Origin: Takakia lepidozioides | Taxonomy: Eukaryota; Plantae; Bryophyta | Direction: 5' to 3' | DNA: 64,000 bases | Assembly: GCA_030704615.1 (NCBI GenBank) | Contig: CM060732.1 | Coordinates: 7,254,001-7,318,000 of the forward strand | Part shown: positions 52,001 through 64,000 of the stretch, in pieces | Numbering within the stretch: position 1 is the first letter of the stretch | Layout of the letters: every line of letters starts with the position of its first letter | Program-made: the position numbers and the translations under genes | Notes under the pieces: generated by a model | What the model was told of the DNA's origin: nothing | Database searches by the model: none | The model's input: only the letters and a program-made list of their open reading frames with translations

Positions 52001-54526
52001 GGTAGCCAAGAGATCCCGGTCCTCCCTTCCTACACTTACCTGGGCGTTGAGTTTTCCTCCAATTGTAATTGGGATGCACATATCCGGAAAGTTGTCCAAA
52101 CTGGCAAGGGCAAAGCTCTGGGGCTCACTAAATTTTTCCACTGCAGAGGGGTCAACTCTGAGGTTAAGAAAACCATGCTTTGTCGCGTTATTAGACCTGC
52201 CTTGGAGTACGGATCTGCTATATGGGTTGATAACTCCAACCAGGCTAAGTCTCTAGAATCCATTCAAGTGGGGGTGCTTAAGGAGTGTATGTCCGCATGC
52301 TCCCAAACAGCCAATGGGGCTGTTCGGGGTGAGTTTGGCATTCCGTCCTTAAGCTCCCGACGAGATGAATTCAAGGTCAGATGCTGCAACATATGTCCAA
52401 CACCAGATATCCTAAGTTAATCGACTCTATATCTTGGAAACAGGACCACCCTGTCAAACAGGCTAAGTCCTAGCAGAAGAGAGTAGAAGAGATTCTCAAG
52501 GACCTGGACCTGGACCTGGAACCGCAAGTCTTGACCCTGCTGGATAAATCTGACTTAGAGGCTGTAGTGTCCAAAGCCATGTCTGTTGCCATGAGATTGT
52601 CTGATGAAAATGAAGTTCGGCAGAAAACTTCCCTGAACTTGTTTCCAGTCAGTGACATGGGGGAGGACATCTTGGATGACCTCAAGGGTCTACCCACTCT
52701 CGGCACTAGACTGAAATTTAAACTCAGGGCAGGAAGCCTACCTTTGAACAGCAAACAGAAGCAGAGAGGAAAGGGAGAGTGCAATTGCCCGTTGTGTGGG
52801 CAATCTGAAGACAGTATTCATTTTCTGATACACTGTCCGGGGTTCTCTCACCAAAGAGACGCTCTCTTCAAATCTATCAAGGGAATTGTGCCTGTACCTC
52901 TGTTTACCAACTTTGAAAGTCTCGAGGCTGAGCCAAAAGCCCAGGCACTCCTGAGGCCTAGTTTTTGGGCAAATCACAGCAGATTGATGCTTGTGTGAAG
53001 GGATTTCTAGAGGATATCTGGAAAACCCGGATTAATTCTATATATGAAGGTAAGTCTTACTACCAACGTCAGCCCCTGACAGAGGTAGGTTCTGTCCCTT
53101 TTGTTTCCGCTCAAACTGGGCGCGGGGTCAATGGCCACAAGGCTACGGCAAACAACGTCTTATGAGTACAATCTCTCTCTCTCTCTCATGCTCCCTACCA
53201 CCTTCTTTGCTCAGTTCAAGACGCTTAGAACATTCTGACAGCTTACATCCTGCGTGGGCACGAACTGCTGTGGAGTAAAAAAATGAAAAACAATCATCCT
53301 ATGGCAAAGGCAGTTCAGTTCTACTTCATTTTTAAAGGGTGATTCCCATTATGGCAGTGAGCATCTGCGGTGGTAGTGGGCCCATTCTGCTCTCCTCGTA
53401 TCTCTCTTTACTCCCCCTCTTTCTCTTCTGTCCCAATCGGACCGGATATCAGCTGTCACAATCCCTCCCTCCCCACGCTACATCCGCACCCCACCCGTAT
53501 GAAACACCATCCAGACTTTAAGACAAGTTGTCTGGCATTTCCTAGCTGCACCAAGGAGGGTGCGTCTTATTCTGTAATTGAGTAAGGAGCACTTCGCATT
53601 CAAGACTCATGCAAAAAAATCTGTTCATGGAGAGGGCTTTCTGACCTGGTCATGCAGACGCAATTGGTAGTTTCCCAGTTGCTCTGATTGATTTTCGTAC
53701 AGCTTCTTCCTTTTGAGACATTGGACCGCAGCTGCATTACCATAGATCCATGTCAATTTTAGTCTTAGCCAATACAAAAACATTTCAATACTTTTTATCG
53801 CAGACTGGTTGATACACTAAACTAAAGACACACACACTGGTGCCAAGCTCAACTCACTTACCCCTCTTGTTCTTAGCCTTTGAAAACTCCATGGCCTTTT
53901 CTAGCTCATTTGCTATTTTTCTGTGTAAGACTTTTTCTTTCTTCTCCAGCATCTCAAGAGTCTGTCCAGTAACCACATACCACAAACACATGAGCATGAG
54001 CATGAGCATGACAGAATCAACATGAAACCAATAGATTATTCCTTCATGTTGCAGGTTTCCACTAACCAGGGTCAAGGTTCTAATCAGAAACTACTGCTGA
54101 TTCCAAGCAGCACATTCACAGACTGAAAGGGTTTCAGTAGAACGTGCAGCTTACAGGAGGCTCAAACCCCGCATAACAGAATTCCCGAGCACTGAGATTT
54201 AGGGTTGGGATACCACACGATCGACCATCCTCTACGTGTATACCTCAGCAAGAACATGCAAATAAGTAGCTCAATACTTCAAAAAATTATACTCAGATCA
54301 TTCAAGTGTCCAGATCACATATGGCTTAATCCACAATATGCGGACAGGCTACAGAACATGGGACGCTTCCTACATCACAAAGCAGGAGAGTCTAAATTAT
54401 AACCCTATGACATCTCGTGCGCCCACTAGTAAAGACGAGAGGGAGAAGCTGTACCTCATTGAGCATGTCAAGAGTGGTGAGAGTGGAAGGCTCCGCCTTT
54501 GGCTTTCCGAACAGTCTGTTTATCAT
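49093..54526 (-). CDS. VPS32: ESCRT-III subunit SNF7/VPS32 (CHMP4-like), 6 exons, 227 aa
   Basis: Exons 54526-54455, 53961-53862, 53731-53646, 50553-50462, 50110-49996 and 49311-49093 all have GT-AG junctions with consistent phase: MINRLFGKPK..TLEMLEKKEKVL..AAVQCLKRKKLYE..MIMLEGAKATTETVDALRSGA..IDDVDKTMD..DFDEDELEAELEELE..DELAALQAEMAL. Confidence 0.96.
51207..53171 (+). mobile_element. 5'-truncated RTE-like non-LTR retrotransposon in VPS32 intron 3, flanked by (CT)n
   Basis: RT motifs YKKGD..PGNYRGITLL, QAGFR..DHIFTL, FLDVKKAYD, GCTLSPLLFN, FADD; C-terminal CxxC..H..C. (CT)13 lies at 51181-51206 and (TC)8 at 53172-53187. Internal stop at 51917. Confidence 0.92.
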
Positions 54527-55861
54527 CCTTTTGTGTCTCTTCCGCCCCTGCTCTCTCACTCAAACTGGCAAACAATCTGCGAAGATTGTCAGCTTGGAGT
54601 TTCGAGGCCGATCTGGGGCAGCGGTTGGGTGCAGACAGAGTCTGTCTGTGAGAACGTTCAAATGCAATCCTGAGCACAATTTAGGTTGAAGTCTTTCTCC
54701 GTCTTTCTTCGTTGGGCAGGTGAGATGAATCACTCCTCATTCGCTTGGAAAAAAATCAAGAGTAGCACTTAATAACTAGTAGCAGACTGTCTGATCAGAC
54801 TGTGATCACGGCCGACAAGACAGTCAAGAAGCAAGATAGTACAACAATCCCAGCAATTGAGAGAGCCACCAATAGTCAAACCAACACACAACCTGGTACC
54901 AAGGAAGTCTAAATATTCCACCTTCCCTGTGCACGAGAAGACCAGGACCAACTACACACATCGTTTTTTCCAAAGAAACTCAGCACACGGGCTTTGTGCT
55001 TGGACCAAACGTGGTCCCATCCTGTAGCGCCACATGCAAATGCAGAAGGTTTTAGTCTGCCTATAAAACTGTGAAGGAAAGTAAGAGAAACTTGACAACG
55101 TCCGTAGGAGGCACTCTCCCGGGACTCCGAGCAGCCTTGGGATTCAATCCAGACTGCAATTTTCCAGGGCTTCTTTTTTTTTTTTTTTTTTTTTTTTGGG
55201 CTTCTTCCCCTGTTTCTCAAAAAAAAAAATCCAGACAGGAGCCTGTGAAGCCCCATTACATCCTGGTTACCCCTTTACCTTTTTCATCCACAGGTCAGTA
55301 TTCATTCATTCATAGTATTTTCGGCTTTGTACCGTTGAGTTCCATTACAATCATGGTGCAGCTAGGTTAACCATAGTCTGCTGTCATCATCTGGGCCGTC
55401 CACCACATCAAGGGCCCAGATTAGGCGCCGCGTGACGGGCCTCTTGCGCCTCGCCACGCGGCAGGCTCACATCATTCTAGGGTTTCCTGTACAAGCTGCG
55501 CCTGACCATGAGTGGGGTCTTTGTGTACGAGATATTTGTATGTGTACAAGGTTTGGGTGGTGTGCAAGTTGGTCCTGTGGCTCATGTTAGTTCAGGCATG
55601 GGCTCGGGTGTCCCACCGAGCTCGTTGTTCTAGTACTAGTTTTGGCGTCAGACTGCCTGCTCAGCCAGTGGGGATGTCATTCTTCCCATGAATGGAGTGA
55701 CACAACCCCAAATTTCATCCGTCCAGTTCGTCCGTCAGTCTGTTCAGCCGAGTGCGGTGCCACACGTTTCCAGTGGGCGGGGTGGCATTGCATCCGAATC
55801 TGCTACATTCGTCAACCCTAGATCCTGCAAGTAACGTGATGGTCTTTGGTCAAATTCTGCT

Positions 55862-56770
55862 GTGAATGGTATGCATGTTGCTAGTCTTGGTGCTCAACAA
55901 TATGCTATTCCTCAATTAACCACGCTGCCCTACCCTGAGTATACTATGGGTGAAGACTTTTACAGATATCTACAAATGTTTGAAGTCATTGCTAGGATTA
56001 ATGGTATCCCCGAGCATTTCAAGGTTGGTATTTTTAGAATGAGCATGAAAGGCCGGCCAGTTCGTGACCTGCTGCATGCTGCTGTTATGGATTATCTCCA
56101 TATTAGTTGGGCTGCTTTGATTGAGTGGGCTAGAACTTTATTAACCCACGGAGCGACCCCTGGACTGCTTCACCAAATTTGCCTCTCGCACTTACAAGCT
56201 AGATGGATCTCTTTGGCAATATTACCTTGACCTCAAACTGGTTGCAGCAGAAAACATCACGGATGTCTCTGAAATAGATCGCATGATCAAGGTATACTTT
56301 CTCCTTGGCTTGCCTACTGCAATTCAGGCTTGGGCCCAGCGTCATCATTTTGCTAATGATAGGTCTATGGTAGAAGATATTAGATTAAATATGGCAGATT
56401 TGGCTGACAGCAAAATCATGCCAGATTTCAAGCTCCAATGAGGGGCTCTGAGTCTGACATATCTGCAACAATTGCTCCATATGTACCCCCTGCTATGCAA
56501 TCCGGGACTGGTGACTTTACACTCCAGCAATTAGCTAATACAGTTGGGAGTCTTAGCGAGTCCGTTGCAACTCAATTCGTTGCACTCCAGGTCAATCAGC
56601 AGCGTAGTGCTTGATAACCCAAGCGAGTCCAAAGTGAGAGTAGTGGCAACAGAGTAGTGGCAACAGTAGTCAGAGTAGTCGCACTCACATCACTGGCCAG
56701 ACTTATGAAGTGTCCCATGCTGCATGTTACATTTGTGGATCCCAAGAGCATTTGACTAAATTATGCCCGC
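55862..56770 (+). pseudogene. Degenerate LTR-retrotransposon gag
   Basis: EDFYRYLQMFEVIARINGI..F..SMKG gag-like N-part and the knuckle CYICGSQEHLTKLC at 56725-56766, with intervening stops. Confidence 0.6.
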
Positions 56771-56974
56771 AGAGGGAGGGGCTAACTGTTGAGCGGCTTT
56801 TACACACCTATCCCTTAGCTATCCATGGCTAGGGAAGAAGAGTTAGAAAACTCTAAGTACTCAGCCTGCTCAAAACAGTCAGTCATGACCTACATCTAGT
56901 GTATCATGGGGGTGTCTTCCTACACTTGATCATTCTTGCATTCATGGTTAGTTTATCGAGTCTTTATACTTATG

Positions 56975-57185
56975 TGATGTGCTTCATATTGCTTATGCAA
57001 TCTGCCAGGTACGGTAACGCATCTATCTAGTCATTCCACAGCTTCTCTATGGTCTCTCTACAAGTCACAATTATGAAGTATGAATCACGATTAATAGTAC
57101 TATCAAAAGTTAGGCCGCAGCCTTAGTGTCATTCTATCTACACTATAGCTCCATTTCTACAGCTTGCAGGTATCAAGCATCGCTC

Positions 57186-57242
<57 letters not shown>

Positions 57243-57688
57243 CTCCGTCGTGTGCCTACCGCCCCCAAGATCGTCCCTGAAGAACAAGAAGAAGCTTCTT
57301 CTGCAGCTACGCTGCCTTAACTACCCGTAAGCTATCCTAACTGCCTCACTGACTGTCATGACTCTAACCGTCAGTCATGACAGTACTAACTTGTACTGTT
57401 GTTCCTTGTGTTCGCGTGTTCCCCCTGTGTTCCCATGTTCCCCTCCTGTATTGTCGTGAGGCCTGTGACACCTGTGTGGACTCATGCCTTGAGGGTCATG
57501 AGGGCTCATGGGGACTTGTGCCTGCCACATCATGAGGACTCATGAAGGCTTGTGCCTGCCGCACCATGAGGCTCATGAAGGCCTGTGAGGGCTCATGGCA
57601 GTAGAGCCATGAAGTCTCATAATTGCGCAAAATGAAGGGTACCCCATAGACCCCCTATTTCGTCTAAGTCCTAGGCAACCTTATAACA
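56975..57688 (-). mobile_element. 3' LTR of a Gypsy-like element preceded by a polypurine tract
   Basis: The minus strand reads GAGAGGTGGAGGGATAA (PPT, ~57706-57689) then TGTTATAAGG..GGACTTAGAC..GGGGTACCCTTCATTTTGCGCA, homologous to the LTR at 5075. It contains a (CT)n tract at ~57189-57239. The distal boundary is approximate. Confidence 0.7.
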
Positions 57689-57726
57689 TTATCCCTCCAC
57701 CTCTCAAAAAGCCATGCCCTCACGGT

Positions 57727-59590
57727 TCACTTCTTGTGTGCAACATGCTTATGTGAACGGGCACCTGAACGGTCCTTGTGCTTGTGAGAGTCCCTGTGAG
57801 GGCTGTGTGTGCGAGCTCTAGTCTTGTCCTTAGCTGGTGGGGAGGTTTGTCTGCTGACTGGAGTAGACTGTCCTGCTTGGTTGCTCATTGGAGCAGATCG
57901 TTGTGCTGGTCTGACATATGGAGGAAGTTTCTCTGGGATGGCAGATCCTCGCTTTTTCTTGTCTGCCATGACCTCCTCGTAGTGTGTCGCCATGTCAAAT
58001 GTATCTTTGTTGGAAGAAGCAATCGTATCAAATTCACTGTCCATGCGTTGGCCCTTCTGGCTCCGGATTTTCTTAGGAGCAACAGGGAGTAAGACTGGTA
58101 ACCCATCATGGCCTAGCATGTCTGGTACATGATCTTCTAAGACTCTTTGTACCTTTTGCCTGGTTAGTGTAGTGTAAGCCCTGAGTTCCATGTCTGTGTA
58201 ATGGGGTGGCTTACCCATCTAGTTGGAATTCTCAAGCCATCTTCTGGCGTCATGCCCCTTGGTAAAAATGTGGTTATGATCCCAGACCATCCTCCTCAAA
58301 TCTGCTTGAGCATAAGTGAGCCACTGCCTACTAGTTGTTCATCATGTTGGAGCATGGTGCACACATCCTGACCCCTGTGCTCTGGAATTGTTGGGAAATT
58401 CCAGTGAGTTCCATTGGAACAAGTTAGGTACCTCTGCTGCATCCTCTGGCACTCGATTGGTAACAAAGTACACACAGCCCCTAACAATACTGGCTATCTC
58501 TTTAGTCTTAGTGGATATAAAACCCATAAGTACCTGGAAGGCCAAGAGCTCCTTGCGGAGAAAATCTGCTTCATTACAACACTGGGCAAAGTGGTGATCC
58601 TCAATGGGCTTATCTGACTCAAAGATTTCGAGTCGCTAATGGCAACCAATGACGCATAAGATGTTAATGGTGTCCAAGTGACTCAGTAGGAGTCAAGTGC
58701 TTCCAAATTAGATCCATAACATGAAGAATTTGGGTGTAAGGCAACATTACAGCATCATGATAGGAATGCTCAGTGAGAGTTCGGGGTATATTGGCAGAAA
58801 GATCAGTCCAGATATCAGGGTATGTTTGTGTTACCAGAGATACTGTATCCATGTTGTCTCCATGAGGGGGCTGTTGGTGGGTTGGTGCAGTCTCTCCCGG
58901 CGCCACCATGGCCTGCACCTCCTCTGCTGGAAAATGAAACGCAAAAGCCTTTGCTTGCAAAAAAGTGGCCAACAACTGTTCCTCATGAACAAACTGCCTT
59001 TCATCAATGTTGGAGCTCAAATCCTCCACTTGAGTTTGAAGGTGATCAACCTCCTCCTGCAATTCCTGCACTTGACTATAGACAGTATCTATAGTTGCCA
59101 TTGCAACTTTCTGAATCTGCTCCCTGAAATCTTGGATTTCTTCTTTGCTCAACTTTCTTGGAACCTTGCCCTCTGTTGGTCTTTCTGTCAACCAGAGCTG
59201 CAAAATGTGGTTGTCCACTAATTGTTGAGTGGAAGTCCTAAGAGTCTGCTCCTCACTGAGCTTGTAAGCCTTATTTTGCTGCTCCAACCTTTCTAACCTC
59301 TTCTGATAAGGGTCTTTCAAGGCTGCATAAGCAGCCATCATATTATTGGCTTCCGTTCGTTGATCCGCACTTTGACAGTCTGGTGCAACTGTAAAAGTTG
59401 TTGGTCCTTCTGTTCATTGTGGAACCTCAGCTCCTGGATGGTACTCTCATTGCGACAAATAGTATTATTCATATCCGCAATGAGTTCTCCTTGTTGTAGT
59501 ACCTATTCATGTGCCAGTGCACACAACGTTGATTGCTCCCGAACATCCTTTTGTGTCTGGTCTATGGCAGCCATGAAATCACCCCTTTGT
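57727..59590 (-). pseudogene. Uncharacterised extra ORF (coiled coil plus basic tail) upstream of the 3' LTR
   Basis: Broken ORFs 59341-58664, 58545-58342 and 58218-57727 run co-directionally into the PPT. Homologous pieces occur at 61345-61860 and 62420-62750. Confidence 0.55.
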
Positions 59591-61078
59591 TTATGAGTTC
59601 GGCATCACTAAGCCACACCCTTTTTATTTTCAACTCTCCATTTCACTGTTTTTTGAGTCGATTGCGACTTTTTGACTACAGGCCTTACCAGTGAAATCTG
59701 TCGAGTCGTTTCAGTCACCTAGTTAAACAGGTTTCACTGGCACTGACACAGTGAAAACAGTATATGGTGGGACCCACCCTGTGGATCCTGGGACGTGTGA
59801 CGTGTAGTCAATACTATTACTGTAGTGAAATAAGATAACTACGAGATGACCCTATTGGATAGTGAACTTGAAGTTGAGTAATGAAATAAATAACTAAGTT
59901 TAGGTAGTTTACAGTAATGTGTTAGTGGAAGATTTTCCTCACTATGACTGTTAGTGAAATATATTGACAACATATAGTGAAAGGAGAACGGAATACATGC
60001 AGAGGGTGTAGGGTTTCACTATTGGGGTGTAAACTTTTACTGCAAAAAACTAAAGAATGTAATATATAATAAATATAATTGATTTTTTTTAAATGCCAAT
60101 TATTCATTGAGTCAAAATCAATATATGAATCGAGACGTTTGTTTTGTTTTGTTTTGTTTTGTAGCGTCGTTGAGATCTCCCAAACCGCGGGGCCCCAGCG
60201 TGGGTGCTTGGTGCCGTTGGAAAGCCCTCGATGAGGAGGGGTGCACCGGCTTGGTCTCATGAGTTTTGGACCAGCGGTGTGGGAGATGTGGAATTCCAAG
60301 TACTTTGGGTCGCTGAAAATTCACAAAAAATAGCAAAAATGGCAAAGTGGGCATTCCTGGGACAATGGTGGGACAATGGTGGGAGCCTCGATGGGAGAGA
60401 TATCAAGGGAAAGGTCTCCGGTTCAAATCTGGTTGTAGGCTCTGTGGAAAAAAACGGGGTGCGGATGTTGCATGAGCGGATTTTAGCATGAGCAGAGCAC
60501 ATTCCAAAGAATATTCTTTGATTTTGGACTTAAAAAATGTACAATTCGCCCGCTTTTCATGCAAAAAAGTGCTCGTGCGTGAACATACTGGTGGGTAAAC
60601 GTTAAGTTCGGATTCGATACGATAGGTTCGGCAGTTGCCGAACCTATATAGTTGGTGCCGATTACAGGACGCCGGAATTTCCATCGCGGAAATAGGTCGT
60701 GGGGAATTGGGCCGCGGGAATAGGCAGTCATATGAATAAAAAACCATTTTTTGAACGAGCGGTGGCCCGACAGGAAAGCGATGACGTGGAGATTATTAAA
60801 GGCATGTGTGGTTTTTCATTCCCTTGGACCATTTGCTTTGGTGGTGAAGGTGAAGTCGGGACCGACTATACCATTTCGGGGATTTACAAACAGTGGTGAC
60901 CCTCCACTATGGACAATGATGTAGGAACCAACAATGATCCCGTGCAACAATCGGACAGCGAAAGGCCTCCGCCCCCTGAGCAGCGGCAAATTCCCAACGA
61001 TGGTGTGGCTCCGAAGACGGACAATGCTGCAGGGGAAACCTTGCATTTTCTGCAAATGGAGTTTCGTGGTGGGTTTTT

Positions 61079-61345
61079 ATGGATTCGGACTCATCGGAAG
61101 AAGCATCCGAGGACGAAGATGCAGGTGCAGAGTATCCTATACATGCCTTTGAGGAACTGGACATTGCCGGGGAGGACGAATTGCATTGGATTGCTGCTTC
61201 CATGGAGGTCTTCAATAGAGAAGCTCCGGAGTTTGTTGTGTCGCCGGAAGCACACGCAATAGAGTCGTGCAGTATCTGCCTCCAATGTGTCCAAGCTGGA
61301 GAATGTATGCGCACGGTGACAATCTGTGCACACTCATTCCAAAGC
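61079..61345 (+). pseudogene. Truncated RING-finger fragment
   Basis: CSICLQCVQAGECMRTVTICAHSF resembles the first half of an ATL-type RING-H2 after an acidic stretch. It is cut off by retroelement sequence. Confidence 0.55.
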
Positions 61346-63342
61346 TCACCCAGGGGGAGATGAATGATTTCAGGTTGCAGGTGCAGAACATTGCCACAAC
61401 TACTATAGACAATGTCTATAGTAGGATAGCGGAGTTACAGGATGATGTGGAAAGGCTACAAACTCAAGTGGATAACTTGAGTTCCAACATTGACAAAAGA
61501 GTCTTTGTTCCTGAGGAGCAGCTGGTGGCTACTTATTTGCATGCCAGGACTCTGATTTTTCAGTCTTCATCACAGGAGGTGTAGGAGTTGCCAGCAGTAG
61601 GAGGGACAGTGGCAGCAATATCACAGCCCCCACAGCAGGTGGCTGTGCAGGTGGCTGACACTGTTGATACCATGGCAATGCCACAGTCTGAGGTTTGGGG
61701 GGATGCTGCTTTTAACCCACCTAGGACTCCTGCTGCACTTGAGTACAATCGGACTGTGATAATGCCTTTCAACCAAATTCCCATTGTGATGGATTTGGCT
61801 TGGAAGGAATTCAGTCTTCCACAGTCTTTGGCACATTATTACCAGTTCTATCTTGGAGTTTCCACCTCGGATAACGAAGGGATGGGTGAGTAAAAGCTGC
61901 TCGACAAGTGGTCGTCGTGCACGAGTTGCAAGTGACAGGGGTTCTGCTGCAGTGTGCTTACATTAGTGCTATTATCATAGTCGGTAATGACTTTGATAAT
62001 TGAAAAGTTTATCTTCAGGCGATGCCTCCACATACAAGGCATAGTGTGCACCAACTACGAGAGGCCAACTTACAAACTGTACGGAATATTTGTATGGTGA
62101 GGAAGAGAGCAGTAGGGATAGAATTACAACCCCAGAGAATGGTCTTCAGGAAACTGAGGGTCCACTTATGCACAGAAATGAAATCAGGTGGTGCTTTGGA
62201 GAAAAGAACAAATCCACAGAGAAAACACGTGATACCAAAGTTTCTTGCGGAAATTGGAAGCAGTACACTTAATCCGCAAACAGGCAGGGGGAAAAAAGAT
62301 TCAAAATCAAAATGCCCATGTTTTCTCTTAGAACCTGTGGCGGCAAAGCGGGCATGTGCCATTGTGCTGAACCCAAGTCTGAATGCACGCCTTCCCTTCC
62401 ACCGGCCCTTGTGTTAACCATACTTGCATAAGATGATTATCCACCAAGTCCTGTGTAGCACCCCTGAGAGCCTGCTCCTCCTTGATTCTGTACATATCTA
62501 ACTGCTGCTATAAAGCCTGCATGCGCTTCGCATGAGGTTCAACCAAGGCTGCATAGGCAGCAGTCGGATTATTGGCTTCCTTCCAAGCCTTGTTAACCAT
62601 AGAGAGTTCATTCTTTTGGCCCGTGAGTGTTGGTTGCAACTCCAGGATGTACCTTTCCTTCTCAGCCTCAATCCGACTGTATTGTTGGAAGGTATCCTCA
62701 TTGCGACGGATAGTAGCCTTCAAATCAGCAATGAGTTTCCCTTGCTAGGTGAATGCAGGGTTGACTGGACCGAAATGGACGTTACCGGCACAGTTTTAGA
62801 TGACTGCAATTGATAGTGTCATCAATTGAATTTGAATTAACTCATTAAAACCAGAAAATATATATGTTATTGGATTCCTAGCTTCAATACGCACCCATAG
62901 CAACTCTCCAATCATGAATCCGATAAGAAATGACTCTGCTATGGACTTTTGAACACTGTCATTGTGGACTGTTACCGCAGTGAATGGAATTACAATGGAC
63001 TCAAGTTCTCATATGTGTCATTGGTGAATTCCATTGAAATTTGGAGTTAAGGTGGTCATTTTGGTCCACATCATAGGTATGGATTTGAAGTGGCAAAATC
63101 ATTTGTCATTTGACTCATATGGACTAATATATGTCAAAACAATAGGCGTTTTAAAAAAAATCCATAGCTCATCTTGTTTTTTGGATTTTGGGTGTCATTG
63201 TTTTTCTAGAAGTATAAAAAACTATAATCTTCAATGGCTAGGTGGCATATTGAATTTATTTTGTAAACTCTAATTTTTAGTTTTTCATAATTTCTCTAAA
63301 TAATAGACTAAAATATTTAATGAATTATATCTTTAATATTTG

Positions 63343-63990
63343 CTACAGAGCAGTTGTTAGTGTGGCACATTGGATGGTCATTTTCTGATGAACTGCCTCC
63401 AACTCTGTATGAAGCACCTTCACTTCCTGCAATTTTCCCTCATGCTTCACTTGCAACTGGTATAGCTGTTGCTTATGTACTTCATGCAACTTCTCCTGCT
63501 CCAGACCCGCTTCAATCATATTCCCCTTTGCTAGCTGCAAAACAGCCTTCGTGTCCTCCAACTCTTTCTGCAACTTGAGGTTGGCCTCCACATCCACATT
63601 GTTTGCACACTCAGTGGCAATTCTAGCCTCAAACTCCTGCTTGAATTCCTCCCTCAAAGCTGCTAATTGTGTGGATGGAACATGGGATTTCACATAAGTG
63701 CCCAACAAATTGAGTGTCCTGCTTATGGAACTCATAAGCATGGCCTGCTGTGGGTCTTCATAGGAAACTTGTTGATGGTCCCTCTGATTCTCCACAGTGT
63801 GATGTTTCACCAACCATTCAGGCCATGTTCCCACAAGATCTTCTTCCTCAACGACCTCATTCTCCACAGGTGCTGCAGTGCCCTTACATTCTACCCCTGG
63901 AACCTCCTTCACAAATTCGGGCATGACATGCACAGCAGGGATTCCCTTGGTCAAACTATGCATCTTTGGTACTACTGGTTCTCCAACCAT
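63343..63990 (-). CDS. Unidentified coiled-coil ORF fragment, possibly transposon-derived
   Basis: 215-aa E/Q/L-rich ORF near the window edge with no recognisable motif. Confidence 0.3.
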   Translation of the reverse strand: MVGEPVVPKMHSLTKGIPAVHVMPEFVKEVPGVECKGTAAPVENEVVEEEDLVGTWPEWLVKHHTVENQRDHQQVSYEDPQQAMLMSSISRTLNLLGTYVKSHVPSTQLAALREEFKQEFEARIATECANNVDVEANLKLQKELEDTKAVLQLAKGNMIEAGLEQEKLHEVHKQQLYQLQVKHEGKLQEVKVLHTELEAVHQKMTIQCATLTTAL

Positions 63991-64000
63991 GCCAGAGTTC

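Noticed and set aside
60380-60445. tRNA-like sequence with a B-box-like GGTTCAAATC
   Set aside because: I could not build a convincing cloverleaf or A box. It is probably part of a non-autonomous repeat at ~60100-60730 that I cannot classify.

Overview
Repeat-rich eukaryotic DNA with spliceosomal introns, from a land plant (probably a bryophyte; that assignment is inference). Two host genes are present: a TMEM45/DUF716-family gene at 384-1309 with a 1-nt frameshift near its 3' end, and an intact six-exon ESCRT-III VPS32/SNF7 gene at 49093-54526 (-) with a LINE in intron 3. Most of the rest is nested transposons. A 15.4-kb CACTA element (18742-34140; 19-bp TIR, TAT TSD) sits inside a 28-kb Mutator-like element (10291-38296; G-starting TIRs, 8-bp TSD TGTGAAAG). 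The MULE carries a DDE/SWIM transposase and a divergently oriented, spliced cargo gene. That gene encodes a ParB/Srx-like domain (DGNHR), an unknown middle region and a bacterial-type beta-class amino (N6A/N4C) DNA-methyltransferase fold with a variant DIPDG motif. The MULE inserted into an intron of a second, diverged copy of the same ParB-MTase gene, whose halves (38982-38393 and 10269-7094) rejoin in frame when the insertion is removed. Each copy is associated with its own tandem arrays of long palindromes (146-bp and 96-bp units for copy A, ~116-bp units for copy B). This MULE + ParB-MTase + palindrome-array arrangement is the main candidate for an undescribed system. Both copies here are decayed. 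The remainder is LINE fragments, a PPR fragment and Gypsy-like LTR/gag remnants. All domain calls come from motif recognition by eye; no database search was run.
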